DNA of 40,744 bases from Clostridia bacterium (lineage in GTDB: Bacteria > Bacillota > Clostridia > Oscillospirales > CAG-382): positions 1 through 40,744 of the forward strand of contig JAFYNA010000164.1 in assembly GCA_017549925.1 (NCBI GenBank), in the 5' to 3' direction. Position numbers and translations under genes: made by a program. Each line of letters opens with the position of its first letter. Within the stretch, counting starts at the first letter, position 1. The notes below the pieces were generated by a model that saw only the letters and a program-made list of their open reading frames with translations, ran no database searches and had not been told where the DNA came from. Below, in pieces: positions 37,265 through 40,744 of this stretch.

Positions 37265-39091
37265 ATGTGCGGGATCGTAGGATTTACGGGAAACCCGGAG
37301 AATAAAGAGCAGATCATCCGCGCCATGGCGGATTCCATTGCCCACAGAGGCCCCGACGGAGAAGGATACTTCTGCGATGAGGGGATCGCTTTGGGGCACC
37401 GTCGGCTTTCCATCATCGATTTGGAGGGGGGCGCGCAGCCTTTGTTCAACGAGAGCGGAAGCTTGGTGTTGGTATTCAACGGCGAGATCTATAATTTTTT
37501 GGAGCTGAGAGAAGAGCTTTTGAAAAAAGGCCATGTATTTGCCACCCGCTCCGACAGCGAGGTGCTGTTGCACGGCTTTGAGGAATGGGGCAAGGCGTTG
37601 CCGGAAAAGCTGAGGGGAATGTTCGCCTTCGTGATCTGGGACAAGGAAGCGAAAGAACTGTTTGCCGCCAGAGACCCCTTTGGCATCAAGCCCTTCTATT
37701 ACGATGCAAGAGACGGCAGACTGCTGTTTTCCAGCGAGATCAAGGCCTTCTTGCACCATCCGTTGTTCCAAAAGGAATTTAACGAAAGCCAGCTTGCTTT
37801 GTACCTTTCCTGCCAGTATTCTCCCGGGGAGGATACCTTCTTTGCAGGGGTCAAAAAGCTGCTTGGCGGCCACAGATTGCTGTGGAAGGACGGCGAGCTG
37901 ACGGTGGAGCGGTATTTTGAGCCCACCTTCGTTCCCGACACCGAGAAGACCGAGGAGGAATGGGTGGAGGCCATCGACAAGGTGATGGCGGATTCCGTCC
38001 GTGCCCATAAGATCGCAGACGTGGAGGTAGGCTCTTTCCTGTCCTCCGGCGTGGATTCCAGCTTCGTAGCCTGTATTGCAGGGGTGGACAAGACCTTTAC
38101 CGTGGGCTTTTCCAACCGCAATTACGATGAGGCGGAGTATGCCAAGGCCTTTTCCAAGGAGCTTGGCGTCAAGCACAGCGTGTATTATATCACTCCCGAG
38201 GAATATTGGGAGAACCTGCCCAAGATCCAGTACCACATGGACGAGCCCTTGGCGGATGCCGCAGCAGCGGCGCTGTTCTTCCTGAACAGAGATGCCGCCA
38301 AGCAGGTAAAGGTCTGCCTTTCCGGCGAGGGTGCGGACGAGTTCTTCGGCGGCTACAACGTGTATAAGGAGCCCTTTGCTCTCGCATGGTTTGATAAGCT
38401 TCCCGCCTGCCTCCGCAGAGGCTTGGGTAAGCTGGCGGAAAAATTCCCCCGCATGAAGGGTGCCAACTTCCTCCTGCGCCGTGCAAAGCCCTTGGAGGAG
38501 CGGTACATCGGCAACACCAATTTGATGAGCGAGGCCTTTAAGAAGCAGCTGCTTCTCCGTTACGACGGTAAGACCAAGCCCACGGATCTCACCAAGCCCT
38601 ACCGTCACAAGCTGGAGGGCATGGATGCGGTGACCAAGATGCAGTATATCGATCTCCACACCTGGCTGATGGGAGATATCCTGCTGAAGGCGGATAAAAT
38701 GAGCATGGCCAGCAGCCTGGAGCTGAGAGTTCCCTTCTTGGACAGAGAAGTGTTCGCCCTGGCCTCCCGTATTCCCACCAAATACCGCGCCAACAAGGAC
38801 GGCACCAAGCTTGCCATGCGAAAAGCCGCGGCGAAGCACATCCCCGCAGGGGTTGCCTCCAAGAAGAAGTTGGGCTTCCCCGTGCCGGTAAGAGCATGGC
38901 TGCGGGAGGAGACCTATGCATCTCTGGTGCGCGAGCAGTTTGCCTCCGCCCACGCGGCGAAGTTCTTCCGCACCGAGGCGTTGCTTTCCCTTTTGGAGGA
39001 GCACGTTGCCGAAAAGAAGGACAACTGGCGGCAGATCTGGTGCGTTTTCGTGTTCCTTGTTTGGTACGAGGAATATTTCGTCAAACGATAA
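37265..39091 (+). CDS. asnB: asparagine synthase (glutamine-hydrolysing)
   Basis: ORF 37235..39091; the ATG at 37265 gives MCGIVGF (Ntn Cys2) and lies 9 nt after AGGAG. PP-loop SSGVDSS. Confidence 0.92.
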   Translation: MCGIVGFTGNPENKEQIIRAMADSIAHRGPDGEGYFCDEGIALGHRRLSIIDLEGGAQPLFNESGSLVLVFNGEIYNFLELREELLKKGHVFATRSDSEVLLHGFEEWGKALPEKLRGMFAFVIWDKEAKELFAARDPFGIKPFYYDARDGRLLFSSEIKAFLHHPLFQKEFNESQLALYLSCQYSPGEDTFFAGVKKLLGGHRLLWKDGELTVERYFEPTFVPDTEKTEEEWVEAIDKVMADSVRAHKIADVEVGSFLSSGVDSSFVACIAGVDKTFTVGFSNRNYDEAEYAKAFSKELGVKHSVYYITPEEYWENLPKIQYHMDEPLADAAAAALFFLNRDAAKQVKVCLSGEGADEFFGGYNVYKEPFALAWFDKLPACLRRGLGKLAEKFPRMKGANFLLRRAKPLEERYIGNTNLMSEAFKKQLLLRYDGKTKPTDLTKPYRHKLEGMDAVTKMQYIDLHTWLMGDILLKADKMSMASSLELRVPFLDREVFALASRIPTKYRANKDGTKLAMRKAAAKHIPAGVASKKKLGFPVPVRAWLREETYASLVREQFASAHAAKFFRTEALLSLLEEHVAEKKDNWRQIWCVFVFLVWYEEYFVKR

Positions 39092-39122
39092 ACGCTTTTT
39101 ACAAAATGTTTTCAATTAGCCC

Positions 39123-39150
39123 TTGCAAATTTTGCAGGGCGTGATATAAT
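39123..39150 (+). promoter_or_regulatory. promoter of the secreted repeat protein gene
   Basis: TTGCAA (39123-39128), 16-nt spacer, TG-n-TATAAT (-10 at 39145-39150). Confidence 0.5.
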
Positions 39151-39224
39151 AATGTATACTCTGCTTCGGCAGGGTACGACCTGTTTCGACAGACTACATC
39201 CTACGAAAGGAATCGACATAATTT

Positions 39225-40744
39225 ATGACTCGTAACGCAAAATTGTTTCTTTCTTTGTTCCTGGTGTTCGCCATGCTTTCCGTTTTTGCTACGGTGGCGT
39301 TGGCAGAGCCGGAAAATACCCGTACGGTAAAGCTGGAGGGTGATCTGGAGGGCATTCTGGCCTACTTTAACGGCGCAGATACCTCCGCCACCGAGTTCCA
39401 GGCTCCTGTGGGAGCTGCCTTGAGCATCCGCATTGAGGCCGCAGAAGGCTATCAGGTGGATAGCGTTAAGCTGTTCAACTATATGGAGCTGACTCCCGAT
39501 GAAAACGGCTTGTACACCGTGGATATCACCGAGGATGACGTGACCTACGTGGTCAACGTTAAGGCTACGCAGGTTGCTACCGAAGATCCTTCCGAGGACA
39601 CCTCCTCCGAGACCCCCTCTGAGGATACCTCTTCCGAAGAGCCTTCCGAAGAGCCTTCCGAGGAGCCTTCCGAAGAACCTTCCGAGGATACCTCTTCCGA
39701 GGAACCCTCCGAGGATACTTCCTCCGAGGAGACCGATGAGCCCGATCCCTCCGAAGACCCTTCTGAGGATACCTCTTCTGAAGAGCCTTCCGAGGACACC
39801 TCTTCCGAAGAGTCCTCCGAGGAACCCGTTACCGAGGCAGAGCTGCGTATCACCATCAAGGGTGCAGGCTCCGTGACCGCAGGGGAGACTGTGGTCTCCG
39901 GCACCGGCAACAAGGTGACCGAGTCTGTTTGGCTGGGCATCGGCGTGACCACCAACATTAAGATCACTCCCGCATACGGCTATAAGCTGGTGGCTATGAA
40001 GCTGGACGGTCAGACCCGTGATATCACCCGTCCCTTGTCCAAGCTCACTATCACCGAGCTGACCACTCTGGAGCTCACCTTCGAGCCCGATACCCAGACT
40101 CCCACCACTTATCAGATCGTGGTTTCCTGCGCTACCGTAGGCGGTTACGTTTCCGCAGGTGGCTACACCATCACCTCCGGCGGTGCGACCACCATCAGCG
40201 TAAACGCAGGTGATTCTCTGGTGATCAGCGTATACACCGCAGAGGGCTATCAGGTAGATGCTTTCCGTGTAGGCGGCGCTGCTCAGAACCTTACCGACGG
40301 TACTTACGTGCTGGAGAACGTTGCGGCAAACGCAACCGTAACCGTAAGCTTTAAGGCGGTGGTGGTTACCATCGATCCTTATGAGGCAGAGGACTTTGAC
40401 TGGACTGCCGATGCAAACGGCTTGATCGTTTTGGATCTCGCCGGCAACTCCTACGTAGGCAAGTCCGTATTCGATAAGATCAACACCCTTACCTCCGAGA
40501 ACGGAGCGTACGTGGTTCTGAAGACCGAGTTTGTGCAGTGGTTTATCCCCTGCGGCGGCGTTGTCAGCGGCGTTGAGAAGGAGTACATCAACTTCTCCGT
40601 GGCAGTTGGTGCCAACGGTTCTTACTACGAGATCATCAAGAACGCTGTTTTGGCGGCAGATGCCGAGACGGTATTCCAGTATTTTGAGCTGGCTGAGACC
40701 CCCACCTTCCCCGAGGGTACTCTGGCGGCGTTCAACCTTTCCGA
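39225..40744 (+). CDS. secreted repeat-domain protein, partial (3' end outside the window)
   Basis: Not in the ORF track because there is no stop codon. I translated it by hand and the frame stays open from the ATG at 39225 to the window end, with an in-frame TAA at 39219. Signal peptide MTRNAKLFLSLFLVFAMLSVFATVALA. There are at least three beta-rich modules of about 90 aa containing EGYQVD / YGYKLV motifs, and an acidic PSE/DTSSEE linker. Confidence 0.8.
   Translation, partial: MTRNAKLFLSLFLVFAMLSVFATVALAEPENTRTVKLEGDLEGILAYFNGADTSATEFQAPVGAALSIRIEAAEGYQVDSVKLFNYMELTPDENGLYTVDITEDDVTYVVNVKATQVATEDPSEDTSSETPSEDTSSEEPSEEPSEEPSEEPSEDTSSEEPSEDTSSEETDEPDPSEDPSEDTSSEEPSEDTSSEESSEEPVTEAELRITIKGAGSVTAGETVVSGTGNKVTESVWLGIGVTTNIKITPAYGYKLVAMKLDGQTRDITRPLSKLTITELTTLELTFEPDTQTPTTYQIVVSCATVGGYVSAGGYTITSGGATTISVNAGDSLVISVYTAEGYQVDAFRVGGAAQNLTDGTYVLENVAANATVTVSFKAVVVTIDPYEAEDFDWTADANGLIVLDLAGNSYVGKSVFDKINTLTSENGAYVVLKTEFVQWFIPCGGVVSGVEKEYINFSVAVGANGSYYEIIKNAVLAADAETVFQYFELAETPTFPEGTLAAFNLS
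39582..39827 (+). repeat. in-frame degenerate tandem repeat that encodes the acidic Ser/Glu/Pro linker
   Basis: Units such as GAGCCTTCCGAA (EPSE) and GAGGATACCTCTTCCGAAGAGCCTTCC (EDTSSEEPS) are reiterated. The peptide reads EDPSEDTSSETPSEDTSSEEPSEEPSEEPSEEPSEDTSSEEPSEDTSSEE... Confidence 0.8.

Noticed and set aside
37259-39115. A 618-aa minus-strand ORF that mirrors asnB, which is also 618 aa in the ORF track.
   Set aside because: The equal length is striking, but the plus-strand product has the unmistakable AsnB N-terminal Cys and PP-loop. The mirror ORF is an in-phase antisense frame, which is depleted in stop codons in GC3-rich genes, and it shows no motifs.
39582-39827. Short reiterated units that at first glance look like a repeat array (CRISPR-like?).
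   Set aside because: The units are 12-27 nt, contiguous and in frame within a CDS, with no unique spacers of CRISPR size. This is a coding low-complexity repeat.
39545-39967. ORFs 39545..39967 (-) and 39574..39876 (+), which encode SSEE/PKSLP-type low-complexity peptides.
   Set aside because: They are out-of-frame or reverse readings of the acidic tandem repeat inside the genuine open-ended gene that starts at 39225.

Overview
This is a Clostridia-type, spore-former chromosome segment. It looks high-GC by eye (not computed) and has AGGAGG-type ribosome binding sites, TTGACA/TATAAT promoters and intrinsic terminators. The core is a roughly 14-kb co-directional housekeeping block on the + strand (5.4-19.3 kb): NlpC/P60 peptidase, miaB, ymcA/ylbF-like, mutS, mutL, tgt, a C39-like secreted protein, pepD, rsmI, a nahK-like kinase, an esterase and a sugar-phosphate isomerase. 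The left end carries a lipoprotein plus a large purple-acid-phosphatase-like metallophosphoesterase, convergent with a polysaccharide deacetylase that has two NodB domains. The right half is mostly on the - strand: cotJABC, a second surface metallophosphoesterase, a glpA-like FAD oxidoreductase / pyridine-nucleotide oxidoreductase / DUF1667 / MATE operon, and two tandem zinc-ribbon polytopic membrane paralogs. These are followed by polA, asnB and a partial secreted repeat protein (39225 to the window end), which is missing from the ORF track because it has no stop codon. The only clearly accessory stretch is about 19.4-24.6 kb. It is visibly AT-richer and holds an SGNH-like hydrolase + SemiSWEET-like operon, a CitA/DcuS-type two-component system, a diverged 3' fragment of a second cotJC allele and a membrane-anchored YD-repeat protein, framed by two sets of direct repeats. 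I saw no rRNA, tRNA, CRISPR array, transposase, integrase or recognisable defence or toxin genes, and I found no convincing complete novel multi-gene system. The best leads are the repeat-framed island at the cotJ locus, its orphan two-component/SemiSWEET module, and the tandem zinc-ribbon membrane paralogs. All product calls rest on motifs and remembered family signatures read by eye; no searches were run.
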